A DNA stretch of 56,564 nucleotides, counting the filler, from Catajapyx aquilonaris (Eukaryota), in NCBI GenBank assembly GCA_000934665.2. It is 3 parts of 3 records of this genome, joined end to end, with 100 filler letters (N's around TTAATTAATTAA, not from the genome) between each part and the next. Parts side by side here need not be neighbours in the genome. Positions count along the whole stretch, not along the records: positions 1 to 18,797 come from JYFJ02006608.1; positions 18,898 to 37,691 come from JYFJ02006609.1; 1 more part is not named here. One strand, given 5' to 3'. The translations under genes were made by a program, and so were the position numbers. Positions within the stretch are counted from its first letter, which is position 1, and the number at the start of each line of letters is the position of its first letter. Below, one piece after another: positions 12,385 through 23,984 of this stretch. The notes under the pieces are model-generated. The model made no database searches and was not told the DNA's origin. It saw nothing but the letters and a program-made list of their open reading frames with translations.

Positions 12385-14306
12385 ATGGTTCAAAAACTGT
12401 CTGAGAGGCCCTTGAGGACAGCCTCAGTTGGAGTGATTCTGGTGGTGGTGTCTCTCCTCCTCCAGCACTACTTCTTCCCAGCCCTTGTCTACCTATACAT
12501 CAAAAACGTAAGTCATGATTAATCATTCAGCTGCCTAATTGTAATGGGCTATCTTTTTCGTAGTTATTGTACTTGTATCCAGGATCTGAATTGTGGGAAC
12601 CATGGGCAGACATGCCCTACCCTGCAGTCACCTCCTTCCACTTGTTCAACATCACAAACCACGAGGACATCCAGGAAAATGGTGCAAAACCTTTGCTTCA
12701 AGAAGTGGGAAGCTACGTTTATTTGTAAGTTTCTCTGATTCTGTTAGAGACGCAAGACATGAAACAGCAATTTTCATGTGCAGGCTTAGAAGAAGAAAAG
12801 TTAACATGACGTTCAATGACGACTCAACGTTGACGTTCTACATTCAGACAAACTTAGAATTCGAACCCAGTTTGTCCACAGGAAACCCAGACGACATGAT
12901 CACTACCCTCAACGTGCCTTTGTTGGTGAGATAATAATATAGACAGCACTGTATTCATCGCATAAGAGACATATGTTGTACTTTTCAGGCCGGGATGTCA
13001 ATCCTGAGCACACTGACCGAGTGGAGACCTACGTCGTTCTTCATGAACATGATTTTCCAGCAGTACAACCAAACACCATTCATCACCAGACCAGCAAGGG
13101 AACTACTACACGAAGGGTACCACAACCCTCTTCTATTCTTCTCAAAAGTCTTGGGACCATTCCAGTTCAAAGACAATATATTCTCATTAATGGAACCGGT
13201 AATGTCTCCAGCATCATTTTTGTGATCTGAATTGTTGTAACTTATAAATGTCTTTCCATGTCTTTTCAGCTGACCGGCACTTTCGTGGGCCCAATAACTG
13301 CTAAAACGGGAGAAGACGATATCGAGAAGTTGGGACAGATCGTGTCCTATCAGGGTTTGCCAAATTTACCATTCTGGAAGGGCACACCTTGCAATCTGAT
13401 CAACGGAACGGACGGAATGATCTTCCATCCGTACATCACCAGAGAGGACAAACTCCATGCGTTCATTCTACAGTATTGCAGGTGAAAATAATGACATCAA
13501 GATTGGTATAGACTAATAGTGCAATATTCCTTGATTCCGTTTTTAGATTATTGTTTCTTGAGTACTCGAACGACGTAGTGAGCAGTGGCATACCAGCGTA
13601 CCGGTTCAAGACAGGCAAAGGGTTCTACATGAGTCCTCAGGAGTACCCACCGAACGAGTGCTTTTGTATGGATGAACAATCGTGCAGTCGTCCCTCGGGA
13701 CTCATTGACCCATACCCATGCACCGGGTATCCAATCCTCCTGTCAAACCCACACTTCTTCGGAGGAGACCCGTCTCTCCTGAGGGACGTAGCAGGACTCA
13801 ACCCGGAAGAATCTGAGCACAACACATACTTCGATGTGCAACCTGTGAGCATATACAGGACCTCCTTGGCCACTAACATATAGTGACTCGTTTATGCTTT
13901 CCAGGAGTTGGGTTATCCAGTCAGGGCGTCGTTCAAGCTGCAAATGAACATGCAACTGAGGCCATATCCTGGACTGGAAAGGTTCAGGAACCTGCAAAGA
14001 CTAGTCCTTCCTGTCATGTGGACGAAAACGGTATGTGTATTTCTTACTTTGTTTTGTTTCAATGTAGATGATGACTAATTGATGTGATTCCAGGAGATGG
14101 ACATTCCAGAGAACTACGCCTACCACATCAAATACCGATACCTTCTGCCAAAGACTATTATTACCATCTGCTATTGGATTGGTCTGGTGTTGGGAAGTGT
14201 GGCTGTGTTATTTGGATGCGCAAAATGGTGTCAATCAACCAACACCTATGTAGCCATAGACAAATATGTCTTTCCTAGAAATGAGTGTGGTATTGACACT
14301 CCCTGA
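12385..14306 (+). CDS. CD36/scavenger receptor class B family protein (SNMP/croquemort-like), paralog 3
   Basis: 8 exons: 12385-12507, 12564-12724, 12784-12925, 12989-13198, 13270-13481, 13547-13844, 13905-14030, 14094-14306 = 1485 nt, 494 aa; intact frame and same exon sizes as paralog 2. Confidence 0.92.
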
Positions 14307-14792
14307 CAAAGTATTGTGCAATAATGTCATCAAGCTCAACATTTTGTCACCTGACATTTAATTTCAGATCCGGTTCCATGAGCCCGTTTACTTGATATTT
14401 ATTTTAATATTTAATGGTTGTGCCATTTTTGTATAATTTGATATTAATTTAATTTGGATTAACATTGTGATGATCGGAAGGTTGTTGGCTTGTGTTTTTT
14501 TCTCGAATGTCCCTAAACATGCTTTTCTCTGCATAGAGGAAAATGCACAATGTGCAAAATGGACACTGTGAATATCGTAACTAACAATAATGGCCTTTGT
14601 CATAAATGTCAATATATCGGCGTTGTCCATTTGTGGCTGCCTTCATGATGTAGAAATGACTACAATACCATTAGGACAAGTACTAAAAAGTGTCACTCTC
14701 GAGTGTCCTGATAAAACGTCCTTCTCTTTACAGTAAGGTAAGTCCTGGCAGGCTGTACAGTATACTGTGCAGCTCATAAGGCTGTCTGAACA

Positions 14793-16652
14793 ATGAGTTT
14801 CAGCTGGGTAGTCTTCTTTTTCTTTGTGTTGTTGAGGATGGGAACATGTGACGTTACAATCAAGGGGGCTGAAGCGAGTGTTGGTGACACTGTGCTGAGA
14901 TTAGTTGGACGCATTTTGTTGGACGAGCATGTGCTGAGCCTCCACTGTCCATTGGTCTTCATCCACGATTTCGCTCGTTTTGGGGAGGATCTTCTGGCCA
15001 GCATGTCTTCGGCTGGGAGGCCACTGCTGGTGGAACAATCGCTGACTTGTGCAGAGAACAAGGTACAAGCGGAGATGAAGATGGCCAAGTGCGCCTTGTT
15101 CTTCGTCGCATCCTCTGCTCGTCATATCAAAGGCAGGTTGCAGGCAGCTCTTGACGAAGACAAAGGACTGTTGGTGGCCAAGAGGACCAGAGATCTCTTC
15201 CTCTTCTGGATCTGGGATTCTGATGAGGATGACTTCCTGCTTGCACCACCAGCACCACCGGCCAACAGCATCAAAGACAAGGCGTTGCTTTCCTATCAAC
15301 AAGGCAGGGTTCATGTAAAACACGTCTGTTTGCTCTGCAACGAAGGGCAGCCAACTGTCCAATCGTCCTCAGTGGCCATTCCAGTGGCCAAACGCGACCT
15401 ATTCGGAGATAACAGCAGAGATATGCAAGGAAAATATTTGAAAGGAATTGCTAGTTGGTCGATGAATCACACCCAGTGCAACGCTCATGACTACCCCCAT
15501 ATTTGTTTCTTAGGAGACGCACTTAATTTCAAGTGGGAGATAATCAAAGTCGACATAGTGCAAATGTTGACCAATTTAAGTCTACTTCACTCATACTTGA
15601 TGGCTTTTCAGGAAGAAAGGCTGTTCTTCATACCAGATGTATCTGTAGTTGACTTTTCGTATGAAAATTGCGATATAATAACTCCGTACGAAGTGGACCG
15701 CATAACGTTCATGGTTCGTAAACCTAGACAGCTCAGCATTTCGGTCCTTTATTATTCTCCGTACAAATTGATCCCCGCTTGCCTGGTAGTAGTTACACTG
15801 GTCATCTCCAGCGCCTTTATGTCACTCATCTCAAGATGTCGAGGACAATATGAAATATCTGGTACCAGATCAGAAGAAGGATCTGTGTTGTCAACCTGCC
15901 AGTACTTGTCCCGAATAGCAGTGGAGCAATTTCCCTCCTTCGTACCTGAAGTACCGGCGCAACGAGTGTTTGTACTGACATGGATGACGTTCGCTTCACT
16001 GATAGCCACGGGATACAAATCTAGATTGTACGACAAGCTGTCTTTTCCAGAAAAGGAAACGGTACCGGCCACGATGCAAGAGTTATGGGAATCGGATTAC
16101 AACGTTGTCGTCACGAATCAATTCTATGTAGGGTTGTTTGTAACACATTTTCAGGACAGTTTTCCTGAAAAAGACATGGGCAAAATGGATCCTCGTAATG
16201 ACTTGATAGAATGCGGTGAACATCTTGTGTTCTCCACCAATACTGTTTGCATGGGTTCAGATGAAGAGTTGCTTCGTTTGATGACGAACATCGACGTTCA
16301 TGAGAGTACTTTCCTTGCATCAGACACCTTTGCTTTCGTTTACAAATCCATGGCTGTCAGAAAAGACTCGATGTACACCGACGAGTTCAACTACTACTCG
16401 AGCATCTACTACAGCATCGGACTGAAGACAAAGCGAGATAGGATTCAGGCTCATCTGGACAAGCTTGGTATCGCCAGACTCAGGAGAAGGAACGGAGTCA
16501 CATCTTGGGATGAGACGAATCCAAGTCCGTTTTCACTGATGAACTTGGCTGGATCATTTGTGGTCTTGACCTGTGGAGTATCTCTAAGTGTTGTGTCCTT
16601 CGTGACTGAACTTCTCTTTTGCAATAGCCAATCGACTACATACTTACGATAA
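14793..16652 (+). CDS. Divergent ionotropic receptor (IR, iGluR-related chemoreceptor), intronless, 619 aa
   Basis: Signal peptide; S1 end ITFMVRKP; TM1; RVFVLTWMTFASLIATGYKSRLYDKLSFP...PATMQEL (M3/S2 junction); C-terminal PFSLMNLAGSFVVLTCGVSLSVVSFVTE, all typical of protostome IRs. Confidence 0.9.
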   Translation: MSFSWVVFFFFVLLRMGTCDVTIKGAEASVGDTVLRLVGRILLDEHVLSLHCPLVFIHDFARFGEDLLASMSSAGRPLLVEQSLTCAENKVQAEMKMAKCALFFVASSARHIKGRLQAALDEDKGLLVAKRTRDLFLFWIWDSDEDDFLLAPPAPPANSIKDKALLSYQQGRVHVKHVCLLCNEGQPTVQSSSVAIPVAKRDLFGDNSRDMQGKYLKGIASWSMNHTQCNAHDYPHICFLGDALNFKWEIIKVDIVQMLTNLSLLHSYLMAFQEERLFFIPDVSVVDFSYENCDIITPYEVDRITFMVRKPRQLSISVLYYSPYKLIPACLVVVTLVISSAFMSLISRCRGQYEISGTRSEEGSVLSTCQYLSRIAVEQFPSFVPEVPAQRVFVLTWMTFASLIATGYKSRLYDKLSFPEKETVPATMQELWESDYNVVVTNQFYVGLFVTHFQDSFPEKDMGKMDPRNDLIECGEHLVFSTNTVCMGSDEELLRLMTNIDVHESTFLASDTFAFVYKSMAVRKDSMYTDEFNYYSSIYYSIGLKTKRDRIQAHLDKLGIARLRRRNGVTSWDETNPSPFSLMNLAGSFVVLTCGVSLSVVSFVTELLFCNSQSTTYLR

Positions 16653-16901
16653 CCATAATGAGAGACACTAACAGTTATTTTATATTCACTTCCTTATGTA
16701 ACGTGTTGCAGCAAGAACAGCCAGAAAACCTTGAATTGCATGTTGTTGATAAACCGGTATAATTTATGTACAGCATGTTCCCAGCTTGAGCATGGTATAT
16801 CATTAGTATAATTTGTTTTTGTGCCTAATTCAGAGTTGAAACAAATGTACGAAGATTTATTCGTAAGCAGGATTCATAAAAAGCCTTTATCAATCTTGTT
16901 A

Positions 16902-17682
16902 TTACCAGTGGCATTCCTGTAATTAAAAAGAAAATATTCTAATATGATAGTGTGCATAATATGCAATTATTATGACTACTACTACTATTATTAGTATGAC
17001 AAAATAATAGAGACATACCCGTTGAAATGTAGCACTTGCACACATCATTTCCTTGTGTGTAGTGCATGCATCAGATGATTCGGCTTCTGTTGAAATAAAT
17101 CATCAGTCATTTATTAATGAGCTTTTTACTAAAATGCAAATAGTGTACTTGATGGTAACAGACCATTTTTTACGCAGTCTGAATACACTCGGATCATGAA
17201 TTCTCTAGTTTCGTCGTATCCTTCGGGAAGAACGAAGTCCACAAACTCTTCCGGTTGCATGTGTCCGTTGTCGTCAGTCTGACAGCAGTCATTAAATTAT
17301 TTACCACAACAGCTGTCATATTGGTATATTGTTGTACAGTATAATATGGTACATACCAGATCAAGTACTCCCAGAACGCATGACATGGAATCGCACTAAA
17401 AAAATTGAAACAAATTAATGCCTGTAATTAGTTGTTACGCAAATAAGTGAACATAATTATCTGACCTGTCCATTTGCACCTGCGCATAACGTGAATGCTT
17501 GACGGTAATCATCGTGAGCACTTTCGGGAATTTCATCAGGATGGCGGCACTGCGGAGGCTTATGAAACAGAACCAAATGACATTTAGGACAACAATCATG
17601 TAACAATACCATATGAACTTACAAGAACGTCTGCGGCTGCGAAAGCCACGATGACAATGAAGAAGGTGGCCAAGGTGATCAT
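16902..17682 (-). CDS. Secreted 8-Cys odorant-binding-protein-like protein (129 aa, 6 exons)
   Basis: Minus-strand exons 17682-17623, 17558-17466, 17395-17357, 17278-17164, 17086-17019, 16916-16902; all GT-AG, introns 64-102 nt. Spliced product MITLATFFIVIVAFAAADVL-PPQCRHPDEIPESAHDDYRQAFTLCAGANGQ-CDSMSCVLGVLDL-TDDNGHMQPEEFVDFVLPEGYDETREFMIRVYSDCVKN-EAESSDACTTHKEMMCASATFQR-ECHW*. Signal peptide in its own exon, OBP-like Cys scaffold and DDNG motif. Confidence 0.78.
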
Positions 17683-17877
17683 TGTCAGCTTTGTCCAACA
17701 GGAGTGAGAAACAGTCACAGGATGTCCCCAGCTGGACATGATGTGGACTTATCTCGACAGCATTTCCTGCACACATATTGGTTATGATTATTGGCCATAT
17801 CGCTTCCTCTTCGACTGTGTGCTTGTATCGGCTGATTAAGGTTATGTAATGACAGACACAATATTTAATCAATAATA

Positions 17878-17977
17878 ACTGTTATTAGGGTACATTATAA
17901 TATGATGTACCCTAATAACAGTACTTACTATAATACGTGAGAGAAAATATTATTTTCTCTCACGTATTATAGTAAGT
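17878..17977. repeat. Two back-to-back near-perfect palindromes
   Basis: 18-bp arms 17878-17895/17905-17922, immediately followed by 27-bp perfect arms 17923-17949/17951-17977. Confidence 0.85.
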
Positions 17978-18395
17978 TACACCTTAAGCATCATTATACA
18001 TTTTATTCTCACGAACGTGACTGTACGAACTGTTATAAAAAATTATGACTATGTAGGAAAACTCTAATGTTGCAATTACAGGTAGGTATACATTACATAT
18101 TCAAATCACACGTTATTCTAATTTGTAGGTGCAATAACCGCAATAAAAACAAGATATCCTTGTAGAAGGTTATGCGCCTTGTGTTATACATCAATGGCGT
18201 TAAAATCCCCGGGACTTTAATTACCTATACAATGTGTAACAGCAAGGTGATATTATGAAGGGCATACAGTAATCATTAACGTTTTTGTGCCTGTCCATTT
18301 GTAGATAGGTGCCTTCATGGTGTTGAATTGACAGCAAAACCATTAGTAGTGTACAGAGACACTTAAAAGCACCACCGATAAAACACCTGATGGGA

Positions 18396-18610
18396 ATTAC
18401 ACTTGTCATATCCAGCACCTTTCTGTCACTCATATCGAGATGGCAGAGACAATATGAAATGAGTAGTTCGCGGTCAGAAGGGGTGTTGTCAAATTGCCAG
18501 TACTTGGCCCGAATAGCAATTGAACAATTTCCACCCTTCATGCCTGAGGTACCTGCGCAACGAGTGTTCGTTCTGACGTGGATGGCCTTTACTTCTCTGA
18601 TGGCCACGGC
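18396..18610 (+). pseudogene. Truncated IR fragment paralogous to 14793-16652 (TM1-M3 region)
   Basis: TLVISSTFLSLISRW...CQYLARIAIEQFPPFMPEVPAQRVFVLTWMAFTSLMAT aligns to the IR at about 15795-16010; homology stops abruptly on both sides. Confidence 0.85.
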
Positions 18611-18797
18611 GCAACGTACAAAACCAAACTTCTCCAATAACATATTTTATTAACATTCACATTGCCATGAATAACATTACTTTTGGCTCTGTATGAGCCC
18701 ATTACTGACAGTAACAGGGATTGAAGAGGGATTAAACACATCCGTACATCACGTACGTATGAAAAAACGATAATGGTAACAGCATTGAATGGAAATC

Positions 18798-18897
18798 NNN
18801 NNNNNNNNNNNNNNNNNNNNNNNNNNNNNNNNNNNNNNNNNTTAATTAATTAANNNNNNNNNNNNNNNNNNNNNNNNNNNNNNNNNNNNNNNNNNNN
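18798..18897. other. Artificial assembly linker (44N-TTAATTAATTAA-44N)
   Basis: 100-nt gap containing a six-frame stop 12-mer; an identical structure occurs at 37692-37791. Confidence 0.95.
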
Positions 18898-19801
18898 TTA
18901 AAATGTTTATCACGGCTTGCAAATGTCGAATTTTCTGTGCATTTTTGAGTGCAGGGATTTAAAAAGCCATTTCGCATTCATGCAATTGAAATTTTTTATC
19001 GTAGCACATTGCACTGAGATCTAAATACACAATGTCATCACATATTAATTAATTAATTAATAACAATGTTAATTGTAGTTCAGCAAAGGGGTAGCAAATT
19101 CTGAAAACTTAAACGAGATATCGACATTTTTAATTCAGCGACAAATTTTTTGTAATTAATTTCAATTCAGTCTTTGGGTTTGTTTGGCCCCTCAGGTTCA
19201 TTATTAAAATTAATGTCCTGCTACGTAACAAATTAATGTAGTGACAGCAATTATTACCAGACCCCACCAGAAATTCACTTCCAAAGTGTAATCATATTTG
19301 TTTCAGTTGTTAACTGTCAAATTAACTTTAACTGCGGTGCCATCCTAGCTCCATTGTTACTCTTCATCATTATCAATTCTAAAGTCCATGTAATCTTCAC
19401 TGGGATCTTTTGTCACATTTTGTTTACTACTACTCCACCCCTCCACTTTTGGGGGGCGCACGTAAACTATGGGATTTGGGTAAGGTAGATCCGCCACTAT
19501 CCTACTGCTCATACAGCCCTTTGATGAAGAAACTGAATTTCGGATAGTTATGGAGCAAAAAAATTGAAACGTATTTTTTAGTGGTTCTTAATTTTTTGCG
19601 GCTTTTTGAAGAGGAATTGAGTTTAGCTATAAATGGTAGGAATGCACTTCATGACCGTGGGAATCTGTGTTCAAAATTTGGAAGCTCCACCTACACCAGA
19701 ACTGGAGTAAGAGCGAATTTTTAAAATGAAATAAAAACAAGTAGAAATAATTCATTGTTGAAATGCTATATGCACGGTCTTACTTAGGGGCTATCGCCCC
19801 T

Positions 19802-20047
19802 CAAATGTGCAGAAAGCGACATTCTGATAAAATATCGGACATTCCGATATTATCGATCGTATGCTGTACCAACCTAACCTATAATCCTAACCTTCCTTCA
19901 TTGTGGATACACGCCTATATCATTCAGCAGATACACGCCTAGGATATTGTGATGGATTGTAATATATTGTAGTACTAACAGAAACTGATAATCGATAATT
20001 TAGCGATATTCCGATATTTATCAGAATGTCGCTTTGTGCACAATTTG
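19802..20047. mobile_element. MITE-like inverted-repeat element
   Basis: CAAATGTGCAGAAAGCGACATTCTGATAAAATATCGGA mirrored by TCCGATATTTTATCAGAATGTCGCTTTGTGCACAATTTG; internal AACCT repeats. Confidence 0.7.
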
Positions 20048-22869
20048 GGAGTAAAGTTCTCGCTAACTAACAACAGCAGAACCGATTTTTGTGTGTGTAA
20101 GTGTAACTGACCTCTCTCTTACACGTGTGATGTACTTTTCCCATATTCTTAATGTAGTATTTTAAAAAGTCATTTGCATGCGGGAGTAAATTACGCCGTC
20201 GTAAAATTTTAAGTGATGTCGTAACAAGCACCCGAAAATGCGGAAAAATGAGGTGCTCCGGACCCGTGAAGCCTATTTTTATATTTAGCTATAACCTTTC
20301 GGCAAATAATAATTTTGTCAAAATTTGACTGATTTGAGAACTACTAGAAGTTGGGGGAACCCTAATTTTCACGGTTTTTATTGTGCCTCGAGGGAATGGT
20401 CAACCGCAAACGTAGTGGGATCGAGTGTCTCCTCTTTCGGCCAGAGTTGGAACTCGAAGAAGTCCCGATTATCCTTGTCGGCTGAACCTGGTTAACATAC
20501 TTAAGTCAATGACAGTCCTTTTCTGCTGATTTTTTGCTGCCCTGATTTAAAGAACTTTGCATTACTCTTCAGGAACAGCCCATTCAAGGTCCTGAGTCCT
20601 GTAGTGTTGGACCTTCCCCCTGCAACTCCGATATGTTACTTCCTCCTCATGTCCGAAGTCACCCCACAATTATTTTTTTTTTTAAACTTGCAACGTGACG
20701 CGTATTTTTACTAGTGCGTTTTTGAGGGGGATAGTTACTTTACAGTAGCAGCAGCAGGAAAATTTTACATTTCGCTAGGACGCCCATGGATTTGTACGGC
20801 CTTAGTCCAGGTTGAGTACCCCCTGCTATGGCGGCGCGCTTCTGGAATCGCAGAAGATGAACACAAAAGCAAAAGACACCCGAGATCTGACTACGATGAG
20901 TGTGAAAACCCCCCATAATCCCATTTCGAAGGCCCTGCCACCTGCAGCATCTATCAGCCTTTGCCTACTTGTCTCACAATGGGGTCCCAGACCACCCAAG
21001 GTTGACCACAGATACTACCTGGGACGATTCTCTGTCCCTTGCTTCGCAGCAGTCATCTTTTTGTCTTTGTTTGCCCGGAGCAAGGGAGGAGAAAAGGGGA
21101 GTTGATTCTGCAATCCGATTGGCTGGCGGCTGGAAATGCGTCTTTGTAGTTGTTTTTTTTTTTTTGCGGGTTACCGAGGAGGAGAAAAACCTCGGGAGAA
21201 AATAATTTTAAAATGATTATATACGGTATTTAACTTTTCCTGTCTCTTGGAACTCTCTCCTTTCGTGTGCGTGTGGGTGTGTTTCAACATCAAGTGCACG
21301 AGAAAGGCGGGGGGGTTCCCAAATCAGACAAGTGAGAGCAATCCGGACTTAACAAGCTACTCAAAAAATAACTCCTTCGGGGGCGATATTAGTGATAACT
21401 AAACCCTGACAATCGCAACACAATGGAGAAGGTGACAAAATGTTGGCTATTCCTTTAGTATCCCTCGAATTATTTTACAGGCTCGAGTCTACCCTGCTAG
21501 ACCCACCTCCAAGGACCTGAATTCCTGAAACGCACTTTCCTATACCGTATATAATCTTAAACAGGTATAAGTAACGCTATAGCATATACGGTACGTTGCT
21601 ACTGTATTTACGCCGCTGATTATATAGGCCAGGTTGACACCACCAACAATACGGCCTCAAAAGCCCAGCTAATCATTCCGATTCACCCCGGTCTCCACGA
21701 TATCCTGCACGCGCGGTAGTAAACCATCTATTTTTTTTACACAAAATTTAAAGAAGAACAAAACCAACCACACCTAGGCCACGATATGCACAAATTGCGA
21801 CTAATGCCAAAACAAATCCTACATTGCCAGATCATGAACCATAATCTCAATTTTCCCCCCTGAGACCTGCTGCAAAAACACGAGTCCCCCCCAACACGGG
21901 CTAAGATAAACTGTGGCCAAATGATGCAGTTAGTTGTTTTTCTTCACAATACAACAATAGGAAATTTAGGTACTTACGAATTGGAGTCTGAGCCACGACT
22001 GGCAGAGAGACAAAGGATGGGTCCTTCGAAGTGGGCGGCGGAGGAAGGGGGAGGATCTGGATGAGAAGGGGGAGGATCCTTGGGAGGATCTCATTGGCTG
22101 ATGGCCTGATGGGAGACTAAAATTTAAACCATACCGTATTTCATTTTCGTAATTATGAATTGAAAATCCTACGCTGTCGAAAATTATGGCGAGGTCGTGA
22201 AAAATATAATATAGTCAGTTAAAAATATGTCTCCCTCCTAGACTTATACAGGGTGTATCAAAACACCACGGAAATTACTAATTGTGCAGTAAAACATCAT
22301 AACTTGTGAAAATAATAATTCCCGATGTTTTCAAGGTCCCAGATTTTGATTTTTCGGTTAGTACCATAAAACACTCACAATAAATTTAAGAACTTGGAAA
22401 ATTTGCATTATGGTAGGGCCTATAATAAAATCTCAAAATGTTCGCAGACAATCTGATTTTGATTATTAGGCTATTTTTAACCCAGACCTAAAGGCTGTAC
22501 CAAAAACACCATCAATCTTGAGAGCTCGTAGAATCCACACTTGTATTTTAGAAAGTTTGAGTTTGTTCACCATAGAAATCAAGGAGAATGCCCCTGCACT
22601 GCCTTTTCAGCTTCCGAAAATGAGCCTAACTCCCACACCATGCACAACTCTTCTATGCTCCCCAATGCTCCCATCAACAATATGTGATCTGTGATGCACG
22701 GATGTTGGCAGCATTGTGATGTTAAAGGGAGTTGCTATCGTTGTAAAAAGTGTCGAAGGACGACAACAATACCAACCAAAGATTTGGCTAACTTGATATC
22801 TATTTGGCTAAGCGCAAGCTGGGCGCACTAAACCAAATAATCGACCTTTTGCTAGCATCTCACTGACCT

Positions 22870-23545
22870 GGGGTAATTACAGTTCCAGCTCCTTCTGCTT
22901 CTTATTCTCTGTCATCTCCTCTTCACTCCCCTCAAACTTGCGAGCCTCGTCTGCAATTGATGCTGCCAGTGCCAAGGGCTAGGGTGGCAGAGGGAGACCC
23001 TTTGCGGCTTGAATGCACTTTAGCCCCCCCAAAATATTGCAGGTTTCTATACATTTCCTGAAGCTCCTCCATGGGCTGCATGAGTCGAATGACACCATTC
23101 CTTGGGTGGAGAAACGTGTCGTTAAAGAGTAATTGAATTATGAAATTGCAACTAATTAACAATGAATAAATTAAAATAAACAAGTGTTCAATTGTTGACA
23201 CTGTGCACTCCTTTTGGAGGGTTTGGGGATTCCCCATGGCAACGTGAGGGTTACCGCACCGAAACGTGTTGGGAGGTCACCTGAAATACGATAATAATAA
23301 ACAGTTGTGTTCTTGCTGGTTAATTTGAGACAGGTCCTTTGACTATACCTGCAGCTAAATAAAAAGCTGATGTAACTGGAACGGAACTGCAGTTCTTCCT
23401 TTCCCTTCTTCCTTTCCCTCAAACTCCCAACTCATGATGGCCATGCGAAATTCCAGATTCATGAACAGTGTTTGAAGCAGGCTGCCCGCATGCAGCAGGT
23501 TTGGTCACTGGTTAACCAGGCCCACATACCCACTGGATCTATCTC
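22870..23545 (-). pseudogene. USP47: Ubiquitin-specific protease (USP47-like) pseudogene, Cys-box region
   Basis: [37 protein letters not shown]...VPFQLHQLFI*LQ matches the USP47-type Cys box ([37 protein letters not shown]...IPYQLQRLF). Frameshifts, stops and a retained short GT-AG intron; similarity downstream is weaker. Confidence 0.75.
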
Positions 23546-23984
23546 TTCCATCGGAACTGATGGCCACAGGGGCCGTAGGGGACTGATTGTCACTGTGTCT
23601 ACAGTCCACTGGTTCTGTTTCCTGTTCCGCATGATTGTCTGTGAAAAGGAAACGGATGTATGATTCTTCAGGACAACGTGTACAAGAAATGAAAAAGGAG
23701 ATCATCAGGTTATAAGTGATTCAATTCCATAGTATTATTTACTTCAGATATTCAGTGCATATTCTTTCACTCAATAAAACTCTGTAAGTGTCAGTGCACA
23801 TTCTTTGTACCACTGTTACACCCACATTCCTCACATTGACATTATGGCCACTTCCACATTTCCGGTGAATAAAATATATCTGCACAATGCATGTTGATAT
23901 ACTCAAGCTGCTAAACAAAAAGTAAGGAACCCTGTCAGGTAGGTACGACTGAATTTTTCCAATCACCATTGATGTTACATTGGG

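Noticed and set aside
3127..16072. Antisense ORFs over CD36 exons and the IR
   Set aside because: Shadow frames of real plus-strand coding sequence.
17435..17872. 145-aa minus-strand ORF from the track
   Set aside because: Out-of-frame read-through across exons and introns of the OBP-like gene.
18842..18853. TTAATTAATTAA as a piggyBac site or regulatory palindrome
   Set aside because: Synthetic six-frame stop inside the N linker.
21978..22116. Possible isolated minus-strand exon (TTTTAG...GTAAGT)
   Set aside because: Good splice signals, but low-complexity translation and no partner exons that I can link.
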